In this document: positions 40,560-55,496 of the stretch, in pieces | Layout: each line of letters begins with the position of its first letter | Numbering within the stretch: position 1 is the stretch's first letter | Assembly: GCF_009914755.1 (NCBI RefSeq) | Contig: NC_060947.1 | DNA from: the human T2T-CHM13v2.0 reference genome, Homo sapiens | DNA length: 64,000 nucleotides | Direction: 5' to 3' (one strand) | The notes under the pieces: model-generated | What the model saw: only the letters and a program-made list of their open reading frames with translations | What the model was told of the DNA's origin: nothing | Database searches by the model: none | Translations under genes and position numbers: made by a program

Positions 40560-41450
40560 TGCAAGAATATGAACTAAAAGAAGAGATTAAGGTTGCATTT
40601 AGGAGGTCATTGACGAGTGACCTTGAAGATACCTATTTTTGAAGAGTAGTAAATTCTGAAAGTAGAATAAGTAGGAAGTGAAAAAGTTGTGACAGTAGGT
40701 GTGGACAAATTTGTGAATGTTTGCCCAGCAATGGATGTGCTAAAATTGGAAACATAGTGATGGATGACATTTGGCAAGTATGTTGAGAACCACAGAGAGC
40801 TAATTCATCTGCAGATGTGCCATTCTTAGAAAGGTTGGCGATAAAGAAGAGAAAGGAGATGAATGATGGGGACCATCATGTGGATGAGATAGAATTTACA
40901 GAGCAGAGAGGGAGATTCTTATCTCGGATCCTATGCACCCCAGAGGCGGCAGTGAAGAAAGAATGCAGGTATAGATCATTTTGCAGGAGATGCAAAACAC
41001 CAACGAAGGTTATTCCTGATAATGTCTATTTCTCTGTGCATTAGAAAGAAAGATTGTGTGCTGAAAGTGAGGGGTGAAGTGGAGGACTTGAGACGAATTG
41101 GAGTATGTTGGCAAAAGCCAGTGTGAGAAATGGGAGAGGGACTTTTATCAGGCAGCAGCATCGGGATTGTGCACAACACCAGTTAATTTTGGTGCTCAGA
41201 GAGCAGTAAAGTCATGAATTTTCACTGTTGGATGTGCCTGGTGATAGTACAGAGGGAGTATATGGTTCGATTGATCTGGGATTAGTGGTTGGTGGGACTG
41301 AGCTGATTTGAAGAAAGAAGAAGAGGGAAAGGAGGTGGCCGTTGTGTTTAGGCTGCAATTGTCTGGATAGGAGAGGACGGTAACTGAAGCTGAATTGCAG
41401 GGTGGATGGAAAATTATCCAGAGAGAAAGAACTATGCCTACGTCAGGGAA
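40560..41450 (-). mobile_element. Degraded L2 fragment
   Basis: ggaggtcattgacgagtgaccttgaaga and purine-rich L2-like text; boundaries approximate. Confidence 0.45.
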
Positions 41451-42283
41451 GACACTAAATGATTTGCAATGGAGACTTCAGAAATGAATCTTGGCAGGAT
41501 GAGTTTCACATTGCTGCTGAATGTTAGGTGCACATTAAATATTTTGTTTCCATGATGCCTTTGCCTAAGATATGGGAAATGATCATTTATACAAGATGTT
41601 TCTGTAACCACAGATCTCATTTTTCCCAACAAGCCACTTAAAAATCAGTCTCCTGCAACCTGAAGGAAATGAACACGTTGAGTCACTAACAACCTCTCTT
41701 GCATTGGTGTCCTCTCATGCGACCGTGAAAATGGCCCTTAAAATCTGCCCATGAACCACAGAGATGGAGTGCGTTAATTTTTTCTCCTCCCTTTCCTTCC
41801 AGCAATGATTTTTGCCTGAAGGCATGAGATTCGATTATGAAATGACTATTGACTAACAGCACTGGAGGATGACAGAAACCAAAGAGTCGAGTATAAAATA
41901 ACTGAAGTTAAATGGAACGTATTTGGGGAGATGAGAATACAATAAGGGGATGGATGGTACACACTCGTTGAACGTTTGCTGTGCAGCTTCTTGCATTAAG
42001 AGATGACACAGTCAAGGCTACACCCAGGGAACTAGTACAGGTGTTGTTTCAGAGTGTGGAGCCGTTCATGTTCAAAAGGCTGGATCTGCATTTCAAATAT
42101 ATAAAATCTCACAGATTTATATGAATGATTTCATCAGATTGAAATCGTTTCAGCAATTGCAGCCCACTGGAGTCTTGGGTCACCCCCTGCCATTTTCATT
42201 CAGCACCTAGTAGCATTTTGTTCTTACTACATTGATTTGTGCTTGTTGATTGGTACCTTTGGAAATAGGACTTTGGATGAATT

Positions 42284-42313
42284 GTGTGTGTGTGTGTGTC
42301 TGTGTGTGTGTGA
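42284..42313 (+). repeat. (TG)n microsatellite
   Basis: Direct observation. Confidence 0.9.
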
Positions 42314-42752
42314 GCGTGCATTACTCCCAAACGAAGAGAGTAAACCCCTGAAGAGGCAGTTCACTGTTACCATTACATAAACGCACACTGCTTAAAGATT
42401 TTCTCACTTCAGGTGCTCGGTGTATGTTGCTGACTGGCTAACTTCAGGTAGATGGGGTTTTCTGCTGGAAACATTGACCCCTGGTAGGCTTTGTTGAAAA
42501 TGGCTGGGGGTTTGCATTTCCCTCAAAGAAACAGTTTCAGTAAAAATTCCAAAGACCTCATTTAAGAGCTTCATTCCAACTATAAGATGCACTATCGGCT
42601 TCACAAAAACACTTGTTTCCATCAGTGGCAGTTTGGTTATTAACCCAGTAACTACTTCAACAGGAAGACCTGAAGGATATACAAAGATGATCTCTGAACA
42701 CTGGACACTATCAAGAATATCCAGGAAATTTCTAGTTCAGAAATACAATTGC

Positions 42753-43140
<388 letters not shown>

Positions 43141-44289
43141 TCAAAAAGAATACTACGTTCTTTATATGTTGAAAGGAAAAGGGAAGATCAGATGCCAATT
43201 CTGGTGCCCTTCATCATTGCTATAGATGGATTCCCTTAGGTAACTTGCTTGACAATTCCCTTCGCAAAGTCTCTGGTTTTCAATAAAGAAATCACAGTAG
43301 CTGGAAATGGAGGGACATTTTGGCACTAAGTTTTCACAATTGCCTCTTCCATTTCTATGTTCTATGAATTTATTTAGTAAACACCCTGTTCATCAGTACT
43401 TGAGCAATGAAAAATACCAGATATTTCCTTTGAAAAGAGAAGAAAAAGAAATAAAATAGCAGGTAGCCACAATCCTATTAGGTAAGGAGAATCTCTTGGA
43501 AGGAGCTTTGAGATCATTTTTCACGATAAAAAGTGCAACCTTTCATCTCACTTTAAGAGACGTCAGAAATATAAAACTCATTATCGGCCACGCTTAGGTA
43601 AATATTTCTCCTCACTTCTCACCTCAGAAATCCTCATATTTGTATGAATGATATTTTAAGTGCAAAAACCTATAAATTATGCAAGATATTTTTACAGCAG
43701 GAGGAATTTAGCCGAGCACTTAAGCAGAAGAATGACTGGTGTTTTTGCAGCTTCACTGCAGTTTTGAGAAGTCAGAATTATGAGGCAGCATCACCTGTGC
43801 TTCTTATAACCCCTCTCTGTCCTGAATCCTCCCTGGCCACTTTGTTCTCTCTCTTCCATCAGGAGTCCCGGTGGGATAATCTATGTTTCATCTCATCATT
43901 TCCTAAATTCCTCTTCTTCAGTCCCTAGCAGGCAGGTGGTGCTTTATTCTTCTCAAATTGTTTCCCCAAGGGACCTCCCACCTGCTACACCCAGGGGACT
44001 ATAAATCCTCATTCATTCTGACCTCCTTCGGAAGCATTTAAACCCCATATCACTTCAAATTCTCTCTCCTTTGGCCTCTGACAGCACTTTCTTCCTGGTT
44101 TCCTAAACTTCACTCGATTGCTTCTTCTTGGTCTTGATCCATTTAATCATTCCTCCTTTTTCTGATCAACCAGGAGGCAGCACCCCCAAAGGTTCTGAGT
44201 TAGACTCTTTGCACATACCTGGCCATTGCTGTATTTTCATCTGACAACTCACTGCACAGATTGTATGTCCTATGGAAGAGGTGGACTTT

Positions 44290-44690
44290 CACCTGAAGGT
44301 AGGGGCCATGAAAAGCCACTGAAATATTCTATGCAAAGGTGGCCTGATCCAGGCTGTCCTTTTTTAAAAGCCACACTGTGCTCAGAGTGGAGGATTTATT
44401 AATAACTAGGAAACTGTAGAGACAGGATAAAGCAATTTGAAGAATATTTTCCTTAATACAAATGAAGTAAAGGTGGCACTAAGGCTGTGGCAGTACAGGA
44501 AGGAGTTTATAGAACAGAGTGACGTCAGGAAGGCAAAGTCAAGAAGCCCTCAATGATGCTTTGGATATAAGAAATAAGAAGGAGGGAAGGATAGGAATGT
44601 TTCCTAGATTCTGCCTGGATGATCATGGTGCCATTTACTGAGATAAGAAACTGAAGGAGAAACTAGGAAGAAGAGGGAAAAGATATTATT
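44290..44690 (-). mobile_element. L2 fragment
   Basis: aagccactgaaatatt...gatcatggtgccatttactgagataagaaactgaagga. Confidence 0.6.
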
Positions 44691-44867
44691 AAGCAATCAA
44701 GGTTGCTTAATCATATGGTTGGTCACCTAATACAGGAGCCACGCATTTTATTTTCTCAGGAATATGTGATTATCCCTTAGATGTGTACATATAAACATAT
44801 ATATGTGTAATTAGTTAAATATATGCATATAGATAGAAATACAATTTATATACACAAAATTTGTAAC

Positions 44868-46351
44868 TGATATGGTTTGGCTGTGTCCCCACCCACATTT
44901 TTTTTTAAGTGCCTAGACATTTATTACCTCTTTAGTGGTGATTTGTGAGATTTCGGTGCCTCCATTACCCAAGCAGTATATGCTGCACCCTATTTGTGGT
45001 CTTTCATCTCTCACACCCTTCCCATCCTTTCCCCCTGAGTCCCCAAAGTTGATTGTGTCATTCTTATGCCTTTGCATCCTTATAGCTTGACTCCCACTTA
45101 TGAGTGAGAACATATGGTTTGGTTTTCCATTCCTGAGTTACTTCACTTAGAATAATAGTCTCCAATTTCATCCAGGTCACTGCAAATGCTATTAATTCAA
45201 TCCTTTTTATGGCTGAGTAGTATTCCATCATATACATACACCACAGTTTCTTTATCCAGTCGTTGAGTGATGGGCATTTGAGTTGGTTCTACATTTTTGC
45301 AATTGCAAATTGTGCTGCTATAAACATGTGTGTGCAAGTATCTTTTTCATATAATGATTTTTTTTCCTCTGGGTGGATAACCAATAGTGGGATTGCTTGA
45401 TCAAATGGTAGTTCTACTTTTAGTTCTTTAAGGAATCTCCACACTGTTTTCCATAGTGATTGTACTAGTTTACATTCCCACCAGCAGTGTGGAAGTGCTC
45501 CCTTTTCACTGCATCCACGCCAATATCTACTATTTTTTGTTTTTTTGATTGTGTCCATCCTTGCAGGAGTAAGGTGTTATCGCATTGTGGTTTTGATTTG
45601 CATTTCCCTGATCATTAGTGATGTTGAGCATTTTTTCATATGTTTGTCAGCCATTTGTATATCTTCTTTTGAGAATTGTCTATTCTTGTCCTTAGCCCAC
45701 TTTTTGATGGAATTGTTCGTTTTTTTCCTTGTTGATTTGTTTGAGTTCATTGTAGATTCTAGATAATAATCCTTTGTCAGATGTATAGATTGTGAAGATT
45801 TTTTTCCCACTCTGTGGGTTGTCTGTTTACTCTGCTGGCGGTTCTTTTTGTTGTGTAAAAGCTCTTAAATTTAATTAAGTCCCAGCAATTTATCTTTGTT
45901 TTTATTGCATGTGCTTTTGAGTTCTTGGTCATAAAATCCTTGCCTAACCCAATGTCTAGAAGGGTTTTTCCAACATTATATTCTAGAATTTTTATAGTTT
46001 CAGGTCCACATCTCATTTTGAACTGTAGTTCCCATAATCCCCACATGTCATAGGAAGGACCCAAAGGAGGTAATTGAATCATGGGGGCGGTTACCTCCAT
46101 GCTATTCTTATGATAGTGAGTGAGTTCTCATGAGAGCTGATGGTTTTATAAAAGGCTTTTCCCCAACTTCACTGTGCACTTCTCTTGTCTGCTGCCTTGT
46201 AAGACGTGCCTTTGCTCCTCCTTTGCCTCCCGCCATGATTGTGAGGCCTCCCCAGCCATGTGGAACTGTGAGTCCATTAAACCTCTTTTTCTTTATAAAT
46301 TATCCAGTCTTAGGTATGCCTTTATTAGCAGCATGAGAACAGACTAATACA
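44868..46351 (+). mobile_element. THE1 (C/D-type) LTR split by L1PB1 (44868-44898, 46006-46351)
   Basis: tgatatggtttggctgtgtccccacccac ... atctcattttgaactgtagttcccataatcccc ... gaacagactaataca. Confidence 0.92.
44898..46005 (-). mobile_element. L1PB1-like 3' fragment
   Basis: ctttagtggtgatttgtgagatttcggtgc and gagtccccaaagttgattgtgtcattcttatgcctttgcatcc; short TSD ccacat; ORFs at 45289-45810 are L1 ORF2 remnants. Confidence 0.92.
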
Positions 46352-46606
46352 ATATAAATAATTATATGTAAATTGGTGAGATCTGCTTATATACTATAAC
46401 ATATATAACTCATATATGTCATACATTATAAATTATATCATTATATATACCACATATAAAATCACAGACTATTATAAAATATTAGAAATTATGATATTGA
46501 AATTGTATAATATTATAACATAGTTTATAAAATATTATATATTATATTTATTATAGCTTTATACATAATTTAGCACATTATATATTATAGATATATGAAT
46601 TATATA
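46352..46606. repeat. AT-rich low-complexity sequence
   Basis: Direct observation. Confidence 0.8.
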
Positions 46607-47239
46607 TAGTGGATCCTCATCATATGAAGATTCTGTATTTACCTGTCTGCCTACTCACTAAAATGTACTTCTAACTGCAGCATCAATGCTTAGGGTGTGT
46701 TCACAGTCATTTACAGACATGTGCAGTGTGGGGAAACATCTAAATCACCTAACAGACACATTCTCAGCTGAGAATGAACAAGGTTACACTGTGAATTCTT
46801 GGCTCAGTTCATCCTGTAAACGTGTGTCCTTTGAGCAGTCAATTTCATATCATGTTTTTTGCATGTTTGTGTTTTTTCTTGTTGGTTTTGCTGTGAAAAT
46901 GGCCCCAAATCACAGTGCTGGAGTGCTGTCTTGTGTCCCTAAGCACAAGCAGGGACATCTGATGTCCCTTCTGGAGATAATATGGTATTAGAGAAGCTTC
47001 ATTCAGGCATGAGTTAGAGTGCTGTTGGCCATGAGTTCAAGGTGAATGAATAACAATATGTATGAAGTTAGCTGTCTCTATACAGAAACACACAGAAAAC
47101 AAGGTCACATATTCATCAGCTGACAAAAATGTTATAACCAGGGGGCTCATAAGAACCTAGCCAATGGTTCAGCTAATCCAGTGTTTTTGGTGACTTTATA
47201 GAACATACTGTAATGACCACAAACAATGAGAGTCAACTG
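46607..47239 (+). mobile_element. MER82 (TcMar-Tigger)
   Basis: TA-flanked tagtggatcctcat...atgagagtcaactg TIRs; internal aaaatggccccaaatcacagtgctggagtgctgtc and caggcatgagttagagtgctgttggcc. Confidence 0.85.
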
Positions 47240-47269
47240 TATATACAAATTATAGACATTTATATAACA

Positions 47270-49400
47270 TAAATTAATTCAACCAACAATCACTGAATGT
47301 CTATATTTCAGACACCTTGCCAGGTACTAGGGAAACAGAGATTTAAAAAAATAATAGTCATGTTTTCTTCTCTCAATGTATTCATACTATAATAAAGTGA
47401 TTCCCGAATTTTTAAGAAGTCTCCATACCTTGTATTTACAACATGCTCTCATCAATAATATATTTCAATCTTTCATCATATAGAGTTATTCTCATCCAGT
47501 TGGATGAAAATAGCTAACAGGGTGGATGTTGGTCGCATTCATGGAGAAATGAGTCAGAGGAGGTGATAGGCACAGCACTGTTTTCTTGAGGGTAAAATGT
47601 ATATGGAGCATCTGTGTAGGGAACTTCATCCTATAGCTCAGAAGTGAGATCTGGGGTGATGTTACAGATTTTGAGTCATTTGTGCACCGAATATCTGGGA
47701 GGAGTATGCTCAGTGAGAAGATAAAGTTGATGGTAACACGAGAGAGGCATCCAAGTGGGATTAAAGGAACAAAAAAAAAAATAATGAGTTACGACTAAAG
47801 AGAGCTTTCCCAGGAGATGAGAATGTTGTCCTGAAAACCAAAGGGGAACAGAGCTTTTTATGAGAAGAGATTAGGAAGGTCAAAGTCACAGAGATCAAAG
47901 TTAAAGAAGTATTGTAAAGCCCTTAGTGGATTTGGCAACATGGAGGTTACTGGTAACCCAAGAGAAAGAGATTCCCCATAAACTAGGAAGTAAGACCACA
48001 GGTTGAAGCAGACTGCATATGGAGGGAAAAAAGGTGGGGAAAAGAGTTTCAGAAAACAGTCTACTAGTTCCTGAAAAGCTTAAACATAGAGTTCCCATAG
48101 GACCTAGCAATTCCACTCCTAGGTCTATACTCAATAGAAATGAAAACGTATCTATACAAAAAAAAAGTATATGGATGTTCATAGTAGCACTACTTATAGT
48201 AGCTTAAAAGTGAAACAACCTAAATGTCCATCAACTGATAAATGGATAAATTAAATGTGGTCAATACATGCAATGGAATACTATTCAGCCATACAAATGG
48301 TTGAATGAATGTTAATGGGCACAGGGTTGAATGAATGCTAATGGGCACAGGCCTTCTTTTGGGAATGCTGAAAATATTCTGGAAATAGATAGTGGGGATG
48401 GTTGCACAACTTTGTGAACAAAAGCCACTGAATCGCACACTTTAAATGGATTAATGATATGTGGTTCATATTTCAATACAGTTGTCATTTTTAAAAGGTG
48501 GGGAAAATATACATTATTATTATGACTCTAGATGGCTGACCATGAAGAGTAGAGGTCATAGCAGTAGCTAGATGAAGATACGTAACAGATGAAGAGACAG
48601 ATTCCTTTAAAAAATGATTTTGTTTCCTGTGGTTTTATTTGGTTGTTTTTATTTTGGAATGAGATATACATAATTATATAATCAGAGGGGAAAATTCAGA
48701 AGACATGGCAAGAAAGACTGAGAAAATAAACGAGAGAACAAATAAGATCTTAACAGCAGACGGATATTTCTCTTAGGCTACAGGAACAACATTTCATCCA
48801 TGAGATCAGAAGGAAGGAGTTCAAGTGGGAAGATTTGTAGATCACGGGATACGGACAAGGTATAGTGAGTTGCAAAACACGAAGTGTCCTCACACCACAT
48901 AGATCCTATGTTCCCTCCGAAGTAGAGAATAGATTATCCTGAGAGCAGAGCAGAGAGAAGACGGAGGAGGTGAGAATGCCTTGAGCAAAGTGATAAGGAT
49001 TTAGAATTACTACCCCAAGGAACACAAAAGTGGATCATTGTGGGCAGGATTGCTGGTGGCATTGGGTTCATGTAAATTGGAAGTAGATAGAGCCGGATGA
49101 TCCCTGACCCCTACAAACACTGAGCAGTTAGAGTCTGAGAAGCTAATTGGTTCTCTAGCCATTAATATAGTGAACATATTTTCAGCCAGGGTCAAGAAAT
49201 TTACGAGGCAGAGGAAACAGAAATGAGGGTTAAGGGAATCCATAGTGCTAGGGAGAAGAAAGCTGAAATGAAAAACTTTGGATGAAAAATGGAAGGAAAA
49301 GAAGATAGTTTTCATGGGTGTGGGGGTGGGAGGTTGAAACAAGTAGTAAGGCTGACTTGGATGGGGAAAACCATCAGGAACTAGATATATTGATAAGGTC
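47270..49400 (-). mobile_element. Degraded L2, interrupted by L1MB
   Basis: attcaaccaacaatcactgaatgtct terminus; tggatttggcaacatggaggttactggtaacc; boundaries approximate. Confidence 0.55.
48044..48492 (+). mobile_element. L1MB-like 3' fragment
   Basis: gacctagcaattccactcctaggt...gatggttgcacaactttgtgaa; perfect 15-bp TSD aaaaggtggggaaaa (48029-48043, 48493-48507). Confidence 0.88.
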
Positions 49401-50073
49401 AAATTTTATCAACAAGAGATAAATTATTTTTTTCCCCTGGAAGAAAACTCAAGGAGAAACGATGAGTGTGATAAGTGTTTTTGCAAGAGATGCAATGGGC
49501 TATATATTTTTCATTTTGATTTATGAATTAAAAAGTCTGAACAAGGTTATGCAGAAAATGGTAGCCCCTTAAATTCAGACACATTCATTTGAATGTGAAC
49601 AATAGAGAGAGATGTCACTGGGCAGGAAAACAATGGAAGTTGATTTACATATGTCTCTTAATGCCGAAATTATGCATTTCAGTTTTCACTAAGCAATATG
49701 TCGTGAAATGTTGGTAGGCAGATCTTGTTTTGAACAGTAAGTCTGTGCTGCCACCTTTTCTGTAAGTTCTGTGTACTAGCATTCAACTCAGTATAATCAC
49801 TTTCCAGTGAGACCCAATGCTTCAACGTGTGATTTGTCTTAGTGACACGAGATGCTGTCAATTCCCTCAAATGGATATCGTTTCGATGTGGATCATTAAG
49901 AGTTATTTTCTATGGGGATGCACTGAGAGACACATTTCCCATGAACTGTTGTGGAAAATAATTGTGTAATTTTAAAGATGGTTGGGACAATATACTCACT
50001 TCTCAGAGAAATATCTTCAAAAAAATATATCAGTGTCAAGCTACCTTGGTTAAGCAGTAATGAAATAAAAGTA

Positions 50074-50371
<298 letters not shown>

Positions 50372-51325
50372 GTGAAAGTAAGCATTGAAAAGAAGCTCAT
50401 CCTTGGCTCAGTTAGCCGCCAGAACAGACATTTTGCAAAACATTCTTAATGCAACCAAGGTAATATTAGATGATGGGCTGTGTGATTATGAGACAAAGAC
50501 CTGACATGGATTTTCTACCATCTTTCTAGTCAATCCTAGCACAGAAAAGGGAGACTTACAGACACATTTCTAGAGTAGTGTCCATCCACCTGTATTAAGG
50601 CAGAGCCCTCAGAACCAACTGGCTCTGAATCAGACAAATCATGTGCAAGATGGCAGCCAAATCACTACAGTCGCTCTGTGCGAAGTTGAAGAGACCTGCC
50701 TCATCAACGTGCGGAAGGCAAGCAGAAAGACATGATGAAATGCAGAATCCAGCCGTGTGGCACAGCCTTCGGCCAGAGTGATAAAATTGCTGCACATGTA
50801 GGCTATGATTACTGGCCAAGTGGCAGGTTCCAAAAAGAAGCATCACACAGAGATTCTGGGTGGAGAGATGAAACCACAACTAGTCCCTGGCCCTGCAAAA
50901 GGTGTTCACCCCTGCTAATCAGAGGACAGATCCTATGAAATGACAGCCTGATTCTTGGCTGTGAGCTTCCCTACTTAGACAGTCTCTGACAAACATAGCA
51001 TTCCATATTATAAAAGGAAATTTTAGAAATACATACATCTTGTCATTTCATGGGAGCCCAAAGAGTCAGCTGTTCCCTTGTTTTCCTGGGTCATCAATCT
51101 GATTTCTGTGCAATCAGCTTCATTACATTTTTCAGCACCTTTAGGAACTGTAGTGGGAGTTGACACAAGTGCGACATTTTCCTTTATTTTTCATTTGTTT
51201 TCTTGTTGACACTTTCCCCAGTCAAGATTTTTGTGCTTCATCCATTATGCCATGAATTTATAGAAAGTAGATTCTAACATCAAGCTTCTTACAGCTGGTT
51301 CTCTTGAAAGGTTCTCTGCAGAGAG

Positions 51326-51541
51326 CAGGGTTTTTCAACTTCAACTCTGGTGACATTTGGGACCATATAATCTTTGGCTGTAGGGAGCTGTCCTGTGCAT
51401 TGTAAGATGTTTAGCAGCACCTTGACCTCTACCTACCAGATGCCAGTAGCACCTCTCCCCAAGTAGTGAAAACCAAAAATGATTCCAGATATGGTCCGAT
51501 GTCCCCCAGAAGGCAAAATCACCCTTGGTTGGGAAGCACTG
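51326..51541 (-). mobile_element. MER20 (hAT-Charlie)
   Basis: cagggtttttcaac...ctgtcctgtgcattgtaagatgtttagcagca...ggttgggaagcactg; TSD gcagagag / gcattgag. Confidence 0.9.
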
Positions 51542-52859
51542 GCATTGAGTATGTTGGCACTTTAGTGTGTAGGTAATTTTCTCGGTTGCTTTCATGGTTT
51601 TATTCTGATCTTTTCCTTTGCCTCAGGACGTGTTCCCCAGCTCTAGGAGAGATGAATATGCAACATACTCTCATGAATTCTGTTGGCAAAAGTACTGGCC
51701 TTATAGTGTTTGTTTACAACGATGCTGCCAACAAGCTCTGTGGCATTGTGGACGCTTCTCATTCGCCATAGCAACATGGAGCAGTGCTCGCTAGCAGTCT
51801 GCAACAGTCTGCATGCCCTCGATATCATGGCACCCTAGCTGTCAATTCAGAGGGAAGTGGCCAAAAGCACATTGCCATGGTGACAGAACCTTCCCACTTC
51901 TTCCCTGTGTGTTGCTGAATTTTCTTTATTGATCTATTATTTATTTAGGTTTTTTTTCTTTAATGTGAATTACTGGAGGTTGGCAGATCCAACTGCAAGG
52001 CAATGCCATCTTTCTACAAAGTATTCAGGAGCAGAGTCAAGACAGCCTCCATGTCAGTTAACTTGTATGTATGAAGGGAGAGTGCTGAAATTTGTTCAGC
52101 TGTCCCTCTTTTCTCAACTGGGAGTGAATTTGTCCCACTCCCATCTGTCAGCCATTCTCTGGGTTGAGCATCAAGATTTGATTTTTCTTTTGAGCCCTGG
52201 AGGCTCTGTCTAGCCTCAGCCCACTGTAGTTTTATGGCCTGAATATGATGTTGATGTGAAAAGCAAGCCTCAGCCCTTTGGCAAGGCAGGATCACATGTT
52301 ACCAGATTGCCAAAAAGCTGGTGAAGATATTGCTCTTGTTAAACCAGACACTCCGCTCACATTCCTCAGGGTGGGGTTCATGGGAATCTACTTTTGCAGA
52401 TACAGAATGCATCCCATCTGTACTCAGGTGGTAGTTTTACATTCAAGCAATCATGCATTCCTGTTTATTACTTTTTATCAATTAACTACCCAAAGTCAGG
52501 AAAGACACCTTCTGCAGAGCCACACGTCGAAAATCAGTCCCAATTTTCAAAATCTGGTAAGTTTCTTCCTGGAGGCAGGCATACTTCATGGACAAAATGA
52601 CATTCTTATTCTTTTTTCTTCTTAAACTTATTCTCCCTTATTTTTAACGTGGAGATTTTTCTACCTGTGGAATATTTCCTTTTAAAATTAGCATCAAATT
52701 AGTAAGCATCACTACCGTCCACACTTGTCATACGGTAATGATTTAGGATCATTAGCAGATCAGACTTACATACATTTTAATGGAATAATAAGATTGAAGC
52801 TGTGTTTGATTCATATTTTAAGGTTGTGGACTACATAATTCTTACTGTGTGTGGATGAG

Positions 52860-53070
52860 AACAGCTATAGTAGACTTGGGTACTGGTTCCACCACTGATT
52901 AGCTGTATGATCAAAGAAAGTTAGTGTTTGTTTGTTTGTTTGTTTGTTTTTTCCAGGACCCAGTTCCTTCATCTCAAGATCAGGTTAGAGCCAGTTCTAA
53001 CCCCATAGCATTGTTTAGATGATTCAATGAGATAGGGCATGTCAAGTGCCTAGGACGGCACATGGTATGG
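52860..53070 (+). mobile_element. MIR SINE
   Basis: agacttgggt...ccactgattagctgtatga...attcaatgagata...aagtgcctaggacggcacatgg. Confidence 0.6.
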
Positions 53071-53804
53071 GATGGATTTGTATAAGCCCTGTGTAATTAG
53101 CATTATTCCTGTACGGTCTTATTTCCTCTTCCTTCATAATCTCTCCCCACGTGGCATAAAAGACAAGGGACTTACACTCTGTAGAGCATCTACCCCGCAT
53201 GGTTTTCATGACAAGGAATGTGCAAAGCATCTAGCAGTTACCTGGCTCCACTAAGAATAGGACCCTGGCATTCTTCCTCATTTGCAACCTCCTTGACACT
53301 ATTTTCTGACCCCTTTGTGAACACTTGGACTATTTCCTTTACACATGGCCACACCCCAATGCTTAATGCTGACAGTACTATTGCCTCTCTGGCTTGAAGC
53401 CCTATCTTCCTTCATTAATTATAGCTCATTTGCTCACATAGTGCTGCCACCTTGTCATTTCTAGTCTTTAAAACAGTGCCCTTTGCAAAATACACACTCA
53501 GTGAAGAGCAGCCATGCAAATTAATAGATACAGAATGTTGAAAAAAAGAATCCTAATAGGATTTTTCTTAAAGAACAGGATTGAGATGCTGATGGGTTTG
53601 AAATAAAAGCAAGCCACCCAGCACAGCAGCCGCATTGCCTTCTCTTCATGGCTGTGGTGACGGTTGGGCATCTGCAGCAGAAGAGGAACGATTACATTAA
53701 TGAGAATACCTGGGATATAAGGGGAGTCCTTGTACACTCTTTATGAGTCAAATGAGAATATCGTCAAGAAAAGGCAAGCCACTTAAAGCATTCTTCCTGC
53801 ACCT

Positions 53805-54105
53805 GGCCAGGCGCAGTGGCTCATGCCTGTAATCCCAGCACAGGTGTGGGAGGCTGAGAAGGGTGGATGGCTTTGAGGCCAGGAGTTTGAAATCAGCCTG
53901 GGCAACATGGCAAAACCACATCGCTCCAAAAAAATACAAAAATCAGCTGGGTGACGTGGCATACGCCTGTAGTCCCAGTTGCTCCAGGGGCTGAGGCGGG
54001 AGGATGGATTGAGTCAGGGAGGTCGAAGCTGCAGTAAGCCGAGATCATACCACTGCACTCCAGCCTGGGCCACAGAGCAGATCTTGTCTCAAAATAAAAT
54101 AAAAT
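53805..54105 (+). mobile_element. Alu SINE (AluJ-type)
   Basis: Dimer; TSD-like taaagcattcttcctgcacct / taaagccatacttcctgcgcct. Confidence 0.94.
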
Positions 54106-54894
54106 AAAGCCATACTTCCTGCGCCTCTGATGAGAGAATCTTGACCCAATGGTCTATATAGAATTCAGTGTACGTTAAAGATAAACCTATTTTTAATTGT
54201 CTTCAGTCTGGTTCAGTTTTCTGTTGAAAACATCACAGTTACAACATTGAGGGATTGCTCGATGCCCAAGATGTTAAAATTACTATCAGTGGCTTTGAAA
54301 GGAAAGCACACTTTTCTACCTTCATTTTCAGTATAATGAATATGTTTAATATTTTTTCTCCTGTTGGCTCAGAATAGAACTTTGAAAAATGTCATACGTG
54401 ACAAAGATTGTTCCAGGGAGTGGAGAAAAGAGAAAGAATGAGTGAGGAAATGAGTGAAGGATTTCTGAAAATAAATGACAAATATCTCTGAAGGAAGGAA
54501 ACAGATGACAGGCAGAAGAAATAAATTTCAAAATAAGGAAAATGAATACTTAAAATAGCAGGAGAATGAACCAGCTTGAGAATGATTTTTTAAAGAACAG
54601 TATGTTTTAAAGTAACGTTCCTTATTGTAAAAATAATACTCCTTGTAAAGCATTTAGCAAACACAGAAAAGCACACAGAGGGAGTAAAAATCATTCAGAG
54701 GCCACCCTGGAGAGAAAAACATTTTAATGCTTTTGGCTATTTCTTTCTAGTTCTTCTTATATTCCTTTCTTCTTTTAAAATAAGGGCATACTCTAAAAAT
54801 AATTTCAGGTTCTACTTTTTTTCATTCAATATTATATTGTGAGCATATTACCAGGTGAAATAGCGTTTGAAAATATGATTTTAGTGGCTATGCC

Positions 54895-55496
<602 letters not shown>

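Noticed and set aside
45289-46100. Several ORF2-like peptides
   Set aside because: Frameshifted remnants of the truncated L1PB1.
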